Assembly (NCBI GenBank): GCA_964530185.1
Contig: CAZHBB010000003.1
Span: 13,563-77,562 of the forward strand
Source: an uncultured Anaerolineales bacterium
Lineage (GTDB): Bacteria > Chloroflexota > Anaerolineae > B4-G1 > SLSP01
Direction of reading: 5' to 3'
DNA: 64,000 nt
Below, in pieces: positions 18,428 through 28,691 of the stretch (the first letter of the stretch is position 1; each line of letters opens with the position of its first letter). The notes below the pieces were generated by a model, which had not been told where the DNA came from, made no database searches, and saw only the letters and a list, made by a program, of their open reading frames with translations. The translations under genes were made by a program, and so were the position numbers.

Positions 18428-19480
18428 TCACGAACCCACGGTCTGCCTTGAAACAGGTCTGCGTGCCATTGCCCGCAAACTCGACCAACCAGGACCAGCG
18501 CTGAAAAGCGCACTCAGAGCCATACAGATCGCAGAAGTGAGACACCAGGCGCAGGTTGCGCCGATGACAAAAGGCTCCAAGAACGTAAGGTAGATAGAAA
18601 AAGTCAACCCGAAAAGCGACATGAGCAGTCTGAGCGCAGAAGCGTACGTCTTGACAGTAGCCTGCCCCCATGCCACCAACGCTGTTGTCCCCAAGAGAGC
18701 CACATAACCCAACACCCCCAGGACAGCGACCGGCACCACACCAAAGAGCATTGCATACTGGCTCTGCTGTACAGCATTGCAATCGCCGACCGGACCACAG
18801 ACCGCCGTGCTCCCTGTTGTCTCGACGTAAGCCAAGTACGAGGCGGCACCGAGCCCGACTAGAAGTACCAAGAATAGCCCGCCAGCGCCGACGCGCTTCG
18901 CCAACGCTTCCTGCCAACCCCGTGGCTTGATCACCAGAATCAGGACAACGGTTAGCCCCACCAGCACCAACGTGGACAAAGTGTTCCCGACCGGGTCCTG
19001 CAGGAACCGGGCCCGCCAATCTCGATTTACCACCCCATTATCCCCTTCCAAACTGCGTACAGCTTCGACCATCCCAGGCAGGTCTGGCCAATCTGTCCCC
19101 CCCTGTTGCAGGGCATCATCGATAAGCCCCGGTAACTCAGTTGGAATATCCCGCGAGCCCACCAGGATATGCTCTCCAATGATCGCTGTCGGGACACCTA
19201 CCAACGAGGGGTGGTACTTGTCTACCACTGCATGGAATAACCTCTGACCATCAGGAGTGCTGATGTCGATCAGAGCAACGCGCAATTGATCCCCGTAATG
19301 GGACTGTAACGGCGGGAGTACCTCAGTCATCACCAGATGGCAATGTGGACAACTGGGATGATAGAAAAGCACAACGCGTACGATGGCTTGGTCAGCACTT
19401 GCGGTAACCGGCACGCTGAGCACCAGTAGACCTACAAGAACGCACACAAGAGCTCTGGAGCACCATGTCAACGGATTCAT
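18428..19480 (-). CDS. Thioredoxin-like domain fused to a vitamin K epoxide reductase (VKOR) domain
   Basis: Signal/TM segment, then a DsbA/Trx-like domain with CPHC, then a multi-TM VKOR-like domain with a loop Cys pair (CGPVGDC) and a CAWC active site. The likely start is at MNPLTW; the ORF-track start at 19543 adds 21 aa without an RBS. Confidence 0.6.
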   Translation of the reverse strand: MNPLTWCSRALVCVLVGLLVLSVPVTASADQAIVRVVLFYHPSCPHCHLVMTEVLPPLQSHYGDQLRVALIDISTPDGQRLFHAVVDKYHPSLVGVPTAIIGEHILVGSRDIPTELPGLIDDALQQGGTDWPDLPGMVEAVRSLEGDNGVVNRDWRARFLQDPVGNTLSTLVLVGLTVVLILVIKPRGWQEALAKRVGAGGLFLVLLVGLGAASYLAYVETTGSTAVCGPVGDCNAVQQSQYAMLFGVVPVAVLGVLGYVALLGTTALVAWGQATVKTYASALRLLMSLFGLTFSIYLTFLEPFVIGATCAWCLTSAICMALSALFSAGPGWSSLRAMARRPVSRQTVGS

Positions 19481-19692
19481 CAAGTTCCCTCCAAAGACCT
19501 GCAACGAGCTTGAGCCTGAACCGTGTCGACGCAATACACTCAATCATAACCGACACTGCGCAATGGGCAATGCCCCTCAGCACAGACTTCACCAAGCCGT
19601 GTCTCGTGCCACAGACGTCATGTCGCTCACTCAGCCCACTAACTCTCAGGCAGGAGCACGCCCCCAGAGGGCATGCCAGCCTCGAAATTGTG

Positions 19693-19721
19693 TTGACATT
19701 TCTGCGTCCGGAGTCTAAGAT
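19693..19721 (+). promoter_or_regulatory. Sigma-70-type promoter upstream of rubrerythrin (TTGACA-17-TAAGAT)
   Basis: Consensus -35, a 17-nt spacer and an acceptable -10, about 50 nt upstream of the rbr ATG. Confidence 0.45.
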
Positions 19722-19771
19722 ACTGACCACTGATCTATAAGTGTGAATATCCAATAGCATGGGGGGCATAG

Positions 19772-20275
19772 ATGAAGACGATCGACGATCTCAAAGCTGC
19801 GTTCGCTGGTGAGTCACAGGCTAACCGCAAGTATCTGGCATGGGCCAGGCAGGCAGAGCGTGAGGGACACCCCGGTGTGGCCCGTCTCTTCCGGGCCGTG
19901 GCAGCGGCTGAGACCGTGCACGCGCATAATCACTTCCGTACGTTGGGTGAGATCAAGACCACCACCGAGAACCTCAGGGCCGCCATTGAGGGCGAGAACT
20001 ACGAGGTCGTGACGATGTACCCTGATTTCTTAGCTGACGCGCGGGAGGAAGGACACAAAAGGGCGGCCCGCTCGTTTGAATGGGCCTGGGAAGTGGAGAA
20101 GATCCACGAAAAACTCTACGCCGCGGCCTTGGAAAAGCTCTCCGAAGGAGAGGAACCAGAGGAGACCACGTATTGGGTCTGCGGCACCTGTGGACACACG
20201 TTTGTGGGCGATGAGCCACCCGAGCGTTGCCCCATCTGCGGTGCCAAGCGGACTGGCTATATGCGCATCGAGTGA
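19772..20275 (+). CDS. rbr: Rubrerythrin
   Basis: 167 aa: a ferritin-like diiron domain (E..H pairs) plus a C-terminal rubredoxin-like domain (CGTCGH...CPICG). Confidence 0.85.
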   Translation: MKTIDDLKAAFAGESQANRKYLAWARQAEREGHPGVARLFRAVAAAETVHAHNHFRTLGEIKTTTENLRAAIEGENYEVVTMYPDFLADAREEGHKRAARSFEWAWEVEKIHEKLYAAALEKLSEGEEPEETTYWVCGTCGHTFVGDEPPERCPICGAKRTGYMRIE

Positions 20276-20312
20276 CGGATACACGACCAAAGCACATATG
20301 GCGTGAATACCT

Positions 20313-20342
20313 CCGGGGCACCGGAGTGCCCCGGTTGGTGCT
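20313..20342 (+). terminator. Probable intrinsic terminator downstream of rubrerythrin
   Basis: A GC-rich hairpin (CCGGGGCAC-CGGA-GTGCCCCGG) is followed by TTGGTGCTT. Confidence 0.45.
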
Positions 20343-20530
20343 TCTCCTGATGAATGTGGAGAGCCTGCCACCAAAGCCAATACAACGTCTACAGTGCACG
20401 ATCTCCCAGTCTGTCCTGCCACTTCGAAGGGTTAAGCCCAGCTCACACAGCTCATTGCAACGTTTACCAGGTAGGTTTCGTATTTAAGACATATCGAAAC
20501 TGAACCATTACCAAGCAATCAGGAGGACCT

Positions 20531-20758
20531 ATGTCAGCGAATGAGAAACATCAAACGCCGTGGGTTCTGCTCCCATTCCTGACGGTTTGGAACCTGGCAA
20601 CCTGGGCCCTGAGGATAGCTGGCCGTCTCGTCATCGCTCTCTCGGGTATCATCGCCATGGCCCTGGGCATCAGTCTTACTTTGACAGTCATTGGCGCAGT
20701 CGTAGGTGTCCCCTTGATCGTCTTTGGATTCCTCCTAATGTTGCGCAGTATCTTCTAG
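20531..20758 (+). CDS. Small two-TM membrane protein (hypothetical)
   Basis: 75 aa with an AGGAGG RBS and two hydrophobic helices. It lies immediately upstream of the ABC-2 transporter genes. Confidence 0.4.
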   Translation: MSANEKHQTPWVLLPFLTVWNLATWALRIAGRLVIALSGIIAMALGISLTLTVIGAVVGVPLIVFGFLLMLRSIF

Positions 20759-20783
20759 TCGGTTCCCATCATCTCCAATCACC

Positions 20784-21758
20784 ATGGACGTGCAGCATAT
20801 AGCCATCGAGATACAGGGACTGACGCGGCGCTTTGGGGAAACCCTCGCGGTTGATCACCTGGACCTAAATATCCTGGCCGGCGAAATCTTTGGCCTGCTG
20901 GGCCACAATGGCGCTGGCAAGACGACAACCGTGCGGTTACTCAATGGGGTCTTGACACCTACTGCGGGCCATGTGCGAGTTTTGGGCCTCGATCCCATCA
21001 CCCAAGGTACCATCCTGCGTGGGCAGACGGGGGTATTGACCGAGACGGCAGCCGTTGACGAACGACTGACAGGCCGCGAGATCCTCACATGCTTTGCCAA
21101 CCTCTATAGGCTGCCTAAGGACATGATTGAGCACCGTATCGCTGACCTTCTTGACGAGTTTGGCCTGGCGGAATGTGCCGATGATCTCGCAGGCACCTAC
21201 AGTAAAGGGATGCGACAACGACTGCTTCTGGCACGCACCCTGCTCCACAGCCCACGTATCCTTTTCCTTGATGAACCAACCACAGGATTGGACCCTGCAG
21301 GACGTCGTGTCGTCCATGAACTCATTTTACAACAAAGCCATCACGACGATCGGACTGTCGTTCTCTGCACCCATGACCTAGTCGAAGCCCAACGGCTGTG
21401 TGACCGGGTCGCGGTTTTGGAGCACGGACGAATCGTGGCGGTGGGCTCTCCAGCAGCACTCGCCAAGCGACTCCAACAGGGTGTCTGCCTGCGCATTGAG
21501 TTGAGTGAGATCACATCGGCCATCCAAAAAGCAGTCGAGGACTTCAATGACACCCAAGAGGTCGACTGGGACAGAACACACTGCGTGTTGAGCTTGCGAG
21601 TGCCCGTCCGCGAGATGATTCCCCCACTGCTTACCGCCCTGGTAGAAGCAGGAGCTCAGATCTTCAGCGTGGTGCCTCAAGAACCCACGTTGGAGGATGT
21701 CTATTTCGCGCTCCATACAGAGATAAGACCCCACGCGAGCATCGGAGACGAACAATGA
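20784..21758 (+). CDS. ABC transporter ATP-binding protein (ABC-2 type)
   Basis: Walker A (GHNGAGKTT), signature, Walker B and H-loop motifs are present, along with a C-terminal accessory domain. Confidence 0.85.
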   Translation: MDVQHIAIEIQGLTRRFGETLAVDHLDLNILAGEIFGLLGHNGAGKTTTVRLLNGVLTPTAGHVRVLGLDPITQGTILRGQTGVLTETAAVDERLTGREILTCFANLYRLPKDMIEHRIADLLDEFGLAECADDLAGTYSKGMRQRLLLARTLLHSPRILFLDEPTTGLDPAGRRVVHELILQQSHHDDRTVVLCTHDLVEAQRLCDRVAVLEHGRIVAVGSPAALAKRLQQGVCLRIELSEITSAIQKAVEDFNDTQEVDWDRTHCVLSLRVPVREMIPPLLTALVEAGAQIFSVVPQEPTLEDVYFALHTEIRPHASIGDEQ

Positions 21759-22588
21759 AGCCCCTTCAGAAACCAGACTGGCGTTCTGTGTATGCCCTCA
21801 TGGCCCGAGACCTGCTGGTCGTCCGGCGGAGCAAGAGCGTGATACTTCCCATCATCCTTGTCCCTCTGCTTCTCTTGGTCCTCTTACCCGCCGGCATCAG
21901 CATCGCCATGCCTATGATGGACACCGCAGATACATACCAGGACCTGAAGCAGCTTATGGCCATGATACCCCCAGAGATGCAAGCGGATTTTGCCTACGAC
22001 ACTCCCCAGCAGACTCTCCTGGCCTTGATCCTGGTTCACATGTTCGCACCGCTTTTTCTGATCCTTCCCATGATGGTCGCCAGTACCATCGCCGCTGGCA
22101 GTTTTGCCGGCGAGAAGGAACGCAAGACCCTGGAGGCCCTCCTCTACACCCCCCTTTCCGATCTGGAACTGATCCTGGGGAAGCTCATGAGTGCATGGTT
22201 GCCAGCCCTCGGGGTGACTATGGGCGGCTTCCTATTGTATAGCATTGTCGTCAATGTAGCCGGTTGGCCCACCATGGGCCGCGTGTTTTTCCCGAACGCT
22301 CTGTGGGTCGCTTTGGTGATATGGGTCGCGCCGGCAGCCGCCGGCCTAGGGCTGAGCGCCGTCGTCCTCATCTCATCAAAGGTGAGCACGTTCCAGGATG
22401 CTTACCAGCTCAGTGGGATGGTCGTCTTGCCAGTGGTTTTACTGATGCTAGGCCAGGTTGGGGGCGTCATCTATCTGAGCCTGCCATTCGTTTTGCTCAT
22501 TGGCATGCTTCTATGGCTAATCGATGCGGGCCTGCTCTGGCTTGGTGTGCGCACGTTCCGGCGCACAGAGATCATTGCCCGCCTCTGA
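21755..22588 (+). CDS. ABC-2 family transporter permease
   Basis: The ATGA overlap with the ATPase gene indicates translational coupling. The protein is 277 aa with about six predicted TM helices. Confidence 0.7.
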   Translation: MKPLQKPDWRSVYALMARDLLVVRRSKSVILPIILVPLLLLVLLPAGISIAMPMMDTADTYQDLKQLMAMIPPEMQADFAYDTPQQTLLALILVHMFAPLFLILPMMVASTIAAGSFAGEKERKTLEALLYTPLSDLELILGKLMSAWLPALGVTMGGFLLYSIVVNVAGWPTMGRVFFPNALWVALVIWVAPAAAGLGLSAVVLISSKVSTFQDAYQLSGMVVLPVVLLMLGQVGGVIYLSLPFVLLIGMLLWLIDAGLLWLGVRTFRRTEIIARL

Positions 22589-22859
22589 CCCGCAGCAACC
22601 CCAACTGGTTACAACCATTCCTGTTGGGGTGAGGCATATGGGATAATGCCGAAAGATCTGTGAGTAGCAGCCGCCGCAGCCGTCTCATTGGACTTCTGAG
22701 CGCCTTACGATAGAATTTAGTTAATTACTTCACCTACATCCCTGACATCCATTGTCGTCGTAACCTCAGCCCATTGAGGGCAACCAGACTTCACAGGCAG
22801 CCCGACGCCGAAGCATGGCCGTGGCTCGCTTGCTGACCTTACGAGTAGGGAGGTACTGA

Positions 22860-23966
22860 ATGAAGTCTTCCACGATTCCGATTACAGTTATCGGCGCTGG
22901 CAACGGTGGCAAATCCATGGCCGCTGATCTGGCAGTGAGAGGATTTCGGGTCACCCTTTATAACCGAACGGCAGCCAACATCGAGGCGATCAAGCTCCGC
23001 GGTGGCATCGAGCTGATCGATGAAGAGGGACGGCGCCGGTTTGGGCCCTTGGCATGCGTCACGAGCAGCATGGAGGAAGCGTTGGCCGAGGCCTCCCTGG
23101 TGATGGTGGTCATCCCGGCCAGCGGACACCGCGATGTGGCCCGGTTGGCGGCGCCTCACCTCCATGATGACCAAATCATTGTCCTAAACCCTGGTCGCAC
23201 CGGTGGGGCACTGGAGTTCTATGGCACCCTCATGCAGATGGCGTGTCCTGCCCGTCCCATTGTCTGCGAGGCAGAGACTTTCCTTTTTGCCGCCCGCAGC
23301 ACTGGTCCGGCGGAGGCCCACATCTTTCGCACCAAGTTCTCTGTACCAGTGGCCGCGATGCCCACGCGACGCACAGAAGAGGCCCTCTCTCTAATCCGCC
23401 AGGCCTACCCTCAGTTCATCCCAGCGCCCAGTGTGCTCCACACCAGCCTGAACAACATGGGAGCGATCTTCCACCCGGCACTGACGCTCCTAAACGCCGG
23501 ATGGATCGAGAGTACGCGAGGCAACTTTGAATTTTACATGGATGGTGTCACACCTTCGACTGCTCGCGTGCTAGAGGTGTTAGATCGCGAACGGGTCACG
23601 GTGGCGGCCGCCCTCGGCATCCGTGCACAGACAGCTCAAGAATGGCTGCGCCGTGCGTACAACGCTCAGGGGAGGACTCTCTACGACGCCATGCATGCCA
23701 ACTCAGGATACGCAGGGATCAAAGCGCCGCCTATCCTGGATCATCGTTACATCTTTGAGGAGATACCCTGCAGTCTGATCCCCATCACTGAACTGGGCCA
23801 CCAATACGGCGTCGATACCCCTACCATGCAGGCCATGATCCATCTGGCCAATATCATCCACGGCAAGGACTACTGGCGTGAAGGCCGCACCCTGGACAGG
23901 CTGGGAGTGCGCGGCATGTCGGTGCAAGAACTACATCAGTATGTCGCCACTGGCGAACGTCCTTGA
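22860..23966 (+). CDS. NAD/NADP octopine/nopaline dehydrogenase family oxidoreductase
   Basis: An N-terminal Rossmann motif (ITVIGAGNGGKSMAADLAVRGF) and a C-terminal opine-dehydrogenase-like domain in a 368-aa protein. Confidence 0.55.
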   Translation: MKSSTIPITVIGAGNGGKSMAADLAVRGFRVTLYNRTAANIEAIKLRGGIELIDEEGRRRFGPLACVTSSMEEALAEASLVMVVIPASGHRDVARLAAPHLHDDQIIVLNPGRTGGALEFYGTLMQMACPARPIVCEAETFLFAARSTGPAEAHIFRTKFSVPVAAMPTRRTEEALSLIRQAYPQFIPAPSVLHTSLNNMGAIFHPALTLLNAGWIESTRGNFEFYMDGVTPSTARVLEVLDRERVTVAAALGIRAQTAQEWLRRAYNAQGRTLYDAMHANSGYAGIKAPPILDHRYIFEEIPCSLIPITELGHQYGVDTPTMQAMIHLANIIHGKDYWREGRTLDRLGVRGMSVQELHQYVATGERP

Positions 23967-25633
23967 CCACTGTAGGGAAAGGAGATAAGTCCATGCGGAT
24001 CCTCGCAGGAGCTTTGGGAGACTGTGTCCACGTCGCTGGCGTCTTACACTTTCTCACTCTTGCCGAAGGTATGGGGCACGAGGTGCGCTTTACTGGCCCA
24101 GCCACAGATCCAGAGACCTGGGCAGAGCTTGCACGCGAATTTCAGCCCGACCTCATTGGTGTCAGTTATCGTCTGACCCCCGAGACTGCTCGGCGGGCAC
24201 TGCAGGAATTTTGGGAGGTGATGCGGGCGGCAGGCCTCAGCGACCGCACCTTCGTGTTTGGCGGCACCCCTCCGGTGGCTGCGGTTGCGCGTGAGCTCGG
24301 GTTCTTCGACGCCGTATTCGACGGCAGCGAGCCAGCCACTACCATCATCCAGTATCTACAGCAAAAGCCAGGGAAAATGGAAACCCAGGCCACGCCGCCC
24401 CAAGACGTGATAAGTCGTATCCAATGGAAGGCTCCCTACCCGCTATTACGCCACCACTACGGCATTCCGGCTGAGACGATCGAACCCACAGTAGAAGGCA
24501 TCATGCGCATAGCCGAAGCCCAGGCCCTTGATGTGATTTCGTTGGGGGCCGATCAAGAAGCACAGGAGCATTTCTTCCGTCCAGACCTTCAGAATCCCCG
24601 TAGCAGAGGGGCTGGTGGTGTGCCCTTCCGCACCGAGGAGGATCTGCACCGCCTGTACCAAGCCAGCCGCCGTGGCAATTTTCCCCTGATGCGATCCTAC
24701 TCGGGGACTGCTGACCTGCTCCGTTACGCTGACATGCTGGTTCGAACCATTCACAACGCCTGGTGTGCGACCTCACTCTTTTGGTTCAACGCCATGGATG
24801 GACGGGGACCGATGGATCTGGAGACCTCCATCCGTGAGCACCAGGCTCTGATGGCCTGGCACGGGGAGAGGGGCATCCCGGTGGAGGGCAATGAACCCTA
24901 TCACTGGGCCATGCGTGACGCGCCTGACGTCATCTCAGTGGCCGTTTCCTATCTTTACGCACACAATGCCAAGCTGGCTGGCGTGCGGGACTATATCACG
25001 ACCTACATGTTCGAAAGCCCTCCACAACTCTCGAACGCTATGGACCTGGCTAAAGCGTTGGCTCAGATCCGGGTCGCTGAGTCATTTGCTGATCAGGGAT
25101 TCCGAGTTTGGCGCCAAACCCGCACCGGCCTGCTCAGCTATCCGGTGGACCAGGCAAAAGCCCGCGCGCATCTGGCTGAGTCGATTTACCTCCAGATGGC
25201 CCTTCACCCTTCGATTGTGCACGTCGTCGGTTACTGCGAGGCCGATCACGCAGCCACCGCCGATGAAGTGATCGAGTCCTCGGCCATGGCCCAACAGGTC
25301 ATCGAGACAGCCCTCAGGGGACAGCCTGATCCCACCTGTGACCCCAAAGTCCAGGGACGGGCCGAGGAACTGGTGAGCGAGGCCATGACCCTCGTCGAGG
25401 CTATCCGACGCCTGGGTGAGGGAAAGAGCGAGGATCCCTTGAGTGACTCAGCCAACTTGGCACACGCAGTGCGCGTCGGGCTGCTGGATTGTCCCCAGCT
25501 CAAGGCCAATCCTTTCGCTCGAGGCGCAATCCGTACCCGAGCGATTGAAGGTGCTATCGTCGCGGTCGATGAATCGGGGCATCCCCTGTCCGAACGTGAG
25601 AGGATCCGCACCTTGGGACTCGGCCTGGCGTGA
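23963..25633 (+). CDS. Protein with an N-terminal B12-binding-like Rossmann domain and a large C-terminal domain of unknown function
   Basis: ATGA coupling with the upstream opine-DH-family gene. The N-terminal roughly 130 aa follow the B12-binding-domain pattern (ILAGALGDCVHVAG ... DLIGVSY ... FVFGG) but with a non-canonical DxxHxxG. The remaining roughly 420 aa show no motif I can assign. Confidence 0.35.
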   Translation: MTTVGKGDKSMRILAGALGDCVHVAGVLHFLTLAEGMGHEVRFTGPATDPETWAELAREFQPDLIGVSYRLTPETARRALQEFWEVMRAAGLSDRTFVFGGTPPVAAVARELGFFDAVFDGSEPATTIIQYLQQKPGKMETQATPPQDVISRIQWKAPYPLLRHHYGIPAETIEPTVEGIMRIAEAQALDVISLGADQEAQEHFFRPDLQNPRSRGAGGVPFRTEEDLHRLYQASRRGNFPLMRSYSGTADLLRYADMLVRTIHNAWCATSLFWFNAMDGRGPMDLETSIREHQALMAWHGERGIPVEGNEPYHWAMRDAPDVISVAVSYLYAHNAKLAGVRDYITTYMFESPPQLSNAMDLAKALAQIRVAESFADQGFRVWRQTRTGLLSYPVDQAKARAHLAESIYLQMALHPSIVHVVGYCEADHAATADEVIESSAMAQQVIETALRGQPDPTCDPKVQGRAEELVSEAMTLVEAIRRLGEGKSEDPLSDSANLAHAVRVGLLDCPQLKANPFARGAIRTRAIEGAIVAVDESGHPLSERERIRTLGLGLA

Positions 25634-25685
25634 TGACACGGGCAGATCATCCACAATCCCCGCCGGTGCGACGATCACGCCATAC

Positions 25686-25716
25686 AACAAAAAGGGACCC
25701 GTTTGTAACGGGTCCC
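25686..25716 (-). terminator. Intrinsic terminator downstream of clpB
   Basis: The hairpin GGGACCCGTT-TGT-AACGGGTCCC is followed on the minus strand by TTTTTG. Confidence 0.55.
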
Positions 25717-25733
25717 CTCGTGAGTTTCGGAGA

Positions 25734-28337
25734 TCAGACGATGGCTTCTACCTCCGGCTCCAGAGCCTTGGAGAAGCTCAGACCCTCCTGACCTTCGGCA
25801 TAGTCCACGTAGATCGTATCTCCTGGCCCAAACCGACCTTCCAACACGGCCAACGCCAGCGGATCCTGCAATTCACGCTGAAGCGCTCGCTTCAGCGGCC
25901 GCGCACCAAACACCGGATCATAGCCCTTGTCGGCCAGGTACACTTTGGCACCCTCTGAGAGCACGATATCCATCTGTTGCTGCTTCAGCAGCCTCCTCAG
26001 ACGCTCCACCTGGATATCGACGATGGCCAACAGATCCTCCTTCGTCAGGCTGCTGAACAGGATAACCTCATCGATCCGGTTCAGGAACTCCGGCCTGAAC
26101 GCACGATCAAGCTCCTGCATAACCTGACTGCGGGCAGCCTCCGGCCCCATCTCCTTGATCCAGCGGCTGCCGATGTTGCTGGTCATGATGATGATCGTGT
26201 TGGTGAAATTCACCGTTCGGCCATGTCCATCCGTCAGTCGGCCTTCATCTAACAACTGAAGTAACACATTGAAGACCTCGCTATGCGCCTTTTCAATCTC
26301 ATCCAACAGAATGACGCTGTATGGACGACGGCGCACAGCCTCTGTAAGCTGACCACCTTCCTCATAGCCCACATATCCAGGCGGCGCGCCGATTAAGCGT
26401 GACACCGTATGGCGCTCCTGATACTCGCTCATGTCAATGCGGACCATCGCCTCCTCAGTGTCGAAGAGGAATTCGGCCAACGCACGTGCAAGCTCCGTCT
26501 TCCCGACGCCGGTCGGCCCCAGGAACAGGAAGGTTCCGATAGGTCGATTGGGGTCTTGTAACCCGGCGCGTGCCCGACGCACCGCATTGGAGACTGCCGC
26601 CACCGCCTCGTCCTGGCCGACCACCCGCTTGTGCAGTTCCTCCTCCATTCTCAGGAGCTTCTCACGCTCGCTCTCCATCAAGCGCGATACAGGGATGCCC
26701 GTCCAGCTAGAGACAACCCGCGCGATCTCCTCTGGCCCAACCTCGTAGTTGAGCAATGGATGGTCCCCCTGGACCCTGCGCAGGGCCTCTTCAGCTTTAG
26801 CGAACTCCTCCTGAAGCTCATGGGCACGCCCATAGCGCAGCCGCGCAGCCTCCTCGAAGTCCTGGGCCCGCTCAGCGCGCTCGATATCCTGCTGAAGTTG
26901 CTCCATCTCCTTCTGCAGGGCCTGGATTCTCTCAATGTGTTCCTTCTCCTGCATCCATTGCGCTGTCAAGGCCTGGCTTCTCTCGCGTAACTCGGCGAGT
27001 TCACGCTCGAGCTCCTGCAACCGTTTCCGGCTCGCTTCATCCTTCTCCTTGCGCAACGCTGTCCGCTCGATCTCCAACCGCATCAGCCGCCGGTCGATCT
27101 CATCCAGTTCCGTCGGCTTGGAGTCAATTTCCAATCGCAACCGAGCCGCAGCCTCATCGATAAGATCAATTGCCTTGTCGGGCATGTTACGGTCTGTAAT
27201 GTACCGCTCAGCCAGTGTGGCAGCCGCGACCAATGCTGCATCCTGGATGCGCACACCGTGATGTGTTTCGTAGCGCTCCTTCAAACCGCGCAGGATGCTG
27301 ATCGTCTCTATCACGTCCGGCTCATCCACGAAGACGGGCTGGAAGCGCCGCTCCAAGGCCGCGTCCTTCTCGATGTACTGCCGGTACTCATCGAGGGTTG
27401 TTGCGCCGATGGTATGCAGTTCACCTCGCGCCAACATGGGCTTGAGGATGTTGCCGGCATCCATGGCACCCTCTGCACGCCCTGCTCCAACAACCGTGTG
27501 AAGCTCATCGATAAAGAGAATGATCTTTCCCTCCGATTGAGCTATGGCGTTGAGCACAGCCTTTAGGCGCTCCTCAAATTCACCACGGTACTTTGCCCCA
27601 GCGATGAGCGCTCCCATATCAAGCTGGAAGATCTCCTTATCACGCAGACTCTGAGGGACGTCCCCGCGCACGATGCGTTGGGCCAGGCCCTCAACAATGG
27701 CTGTCTTACCTACCCCGGCATCTCCCACCAACACAGGATTGTTCTTGGTTCGCCGGGAGAGAATCTGCATGACCCGTCGGATCTCCTCGTCTCGCCCGAT
27801 GACCGGATCGAGCTTCCCCTGATGAGCCAACTGCGTCAGATTCCGTCCATATTTCTGCAGGGCATCATAGGTCGCTTCCGGCGTAGGTGTCGTCACGCGC
27901 TGAGACCCGCGAATGCCGCTCAAAGCACGTAACACACCCTCACGGTCAATCCCCTGTGCAGCGAGGAACCGCGCGATCTCTCCCGCGCTTGAATCGGCCA
28001 TCGCCATCAGGACATGCTCTGTACTGACATACTCATCGCGCAATGACTGCGCCTCCCGTTCTGCCATCTGCAGAATACGCGAAACCGCTGGCGACACCCC
28101 GACCTGTCCGCCTCGCGCTTGTGGTTTGCGGTCGATCATCTGCTCGAGATCGCTCCGCAAGCGTTGTGGGTCGGCTCCCAGCGCGAGTACAATGCGGGGC
28201 ACGACACCATCAGTCTGCTCAAGCAATGCCAACAGCAGATGCTCTGGGTCGATCTGCGGGTTACCCCGCTCCGTCGCCAACCCCTGAGCTCGTAGCAATG
28301 CCTGTTGTGTCTTCTCTGTATACCGATTAGGATCCAT
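25734..28337 (-). CDS. clpB: ATP-dependent chaperone ClpB
   Basis: A Clp_N domain ([14 protein letters not shown]...), two AAA+ modules with Walker A/B motifs, and a long coiled-coil M-domain. The start at MDPN is preceded by GGAGGTG; the ORF-track start at 28388 is 17 codons upstream. Confidence 0.9.
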   Translation of the reverse strand: MDPNRYTEKTQQALLRAQGLATERGNPQIDPEHLLLALLEQTDGVVPRIVLALGADPQRLRSDLEQMIDRKPQARGGQVGVSPAVSRILQMAEREAQSLRDEYVSTEHVLMAMADSSAGEIARFLAAQGIDREGVLRALSGIRGSQRVTTPTPEATYDALQKYGRNLTQLAHQGKLDPVIGRDEEIRRVMQILSRRTKNNPVLVGDAGVGKTAIVEGLAQRIVRGDVPQSLRDKEIFQLDMGALIAGAKYRGEFEERLKAVLNAIAQSEGKIILFIDELHTVVGAGRAEGAMDAGNILKPMLARGELHTIGATTLDEYRQYIEKDAALERRFQPVFVDEPDVIETISILRGLKERYETHHGVRIQDAALVAAATLAERYITDRNMPDKAIDLIDEAAARLRLEIDSKPTELDEIDRRLMRLEIERTALRKEKDEASRKRLQELERELAELRERSQALTAQWMQEKEHIERIQALQKEMEQLQQDIERAERAQDFEEAARLRYGRAHELQEEFAKAEEALRRVQGDHPLLNYEVGPEEIARVVSSWTGIPVSRLMESEREKLLRMEEELHKRVVGQDEAVAAVSNAVRRARAGLQDPNRPIGTFLFLGPTGVGKTELARALAEFLFDTEEAMVRIDMSEYQERHTVSRLIGAPPGYVGYEEGGQLTEAVRRRPYSVILLDEIEKAHSEVFNVLLQLLDEGRLTDGHGRTVNFTNTIIIMTSNIGSRWIKEMGPEAARSQVMQELDRAFRPEFLNRIDEVILFSSLTKEDLLAIVDIQVERLRRLLKQQQMDIVLSEGAKVYLADKGYDPVFGARPLKRALQRELQDPLALAVLEGRFGPGDTIYVDYAEGQEGLSFSKALEPEVEAIV

Positions 28338-28597
28338 CCTACACCTCCAACTACCGCCAACGTGGTGTCCCATAAGATGACGCAACATGGCACCACATCA
28401 ACGTTAGCCTTGTTCTTCTCCTACAGTTAGTAGCGGGGATGAGACACGGAGAACTCCCTCTATCCATCCTGATAGAGCAAGATTCCGTACTTCTCCCTCG
28501 CCGTAACCATGGTACGGGTTCAACGTTAGAATAGGATAAACAAAGTATCAGAATCACATTGGAAGCCTATACTCAGCTTGCCAGCCCCAAAAGATCA

Positions 28598-28625
28598 TTG
28601 ACACACTCAAAGGCAAGCCTATAAT
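28598..28625 (+). promoter_or_regulatory. Sigma-70-type promoter (TTGACA-16-TATAAT) upstream of the acyltransferase-like gene
   Basis: Both hexamers are consensus. It sits in the divergent region shared with clpB. Confidence 0.5.
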
Positions 28626-28691
28626 TGATCGCATTATTCTATCCCTGACCGCCACTCATCAGACGGTAGCAGGAGAGAGGGGAGAGTTCAA

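Noticed and set aside
22589-22630. Hairpin ACCCCAAC-(17 nt)-GTTGGGGT immediately after the ABC permease stop, as a terminator
   Set aside because: The loop is long and there is no downstream T-run, so support is too weak to annotate. It may still act as a terminator in this genome, which seems to use T-less hairpins.
28338-28691. CIRCE (HrcA) or HAIR (HspR) heat-shock operator upstream of clpB
   Set aside because: I searched the divergent region for TTAGCACTC-N9-GAGTGCTAA and CTTGAGT-N7-ACTCAAG and found no match.
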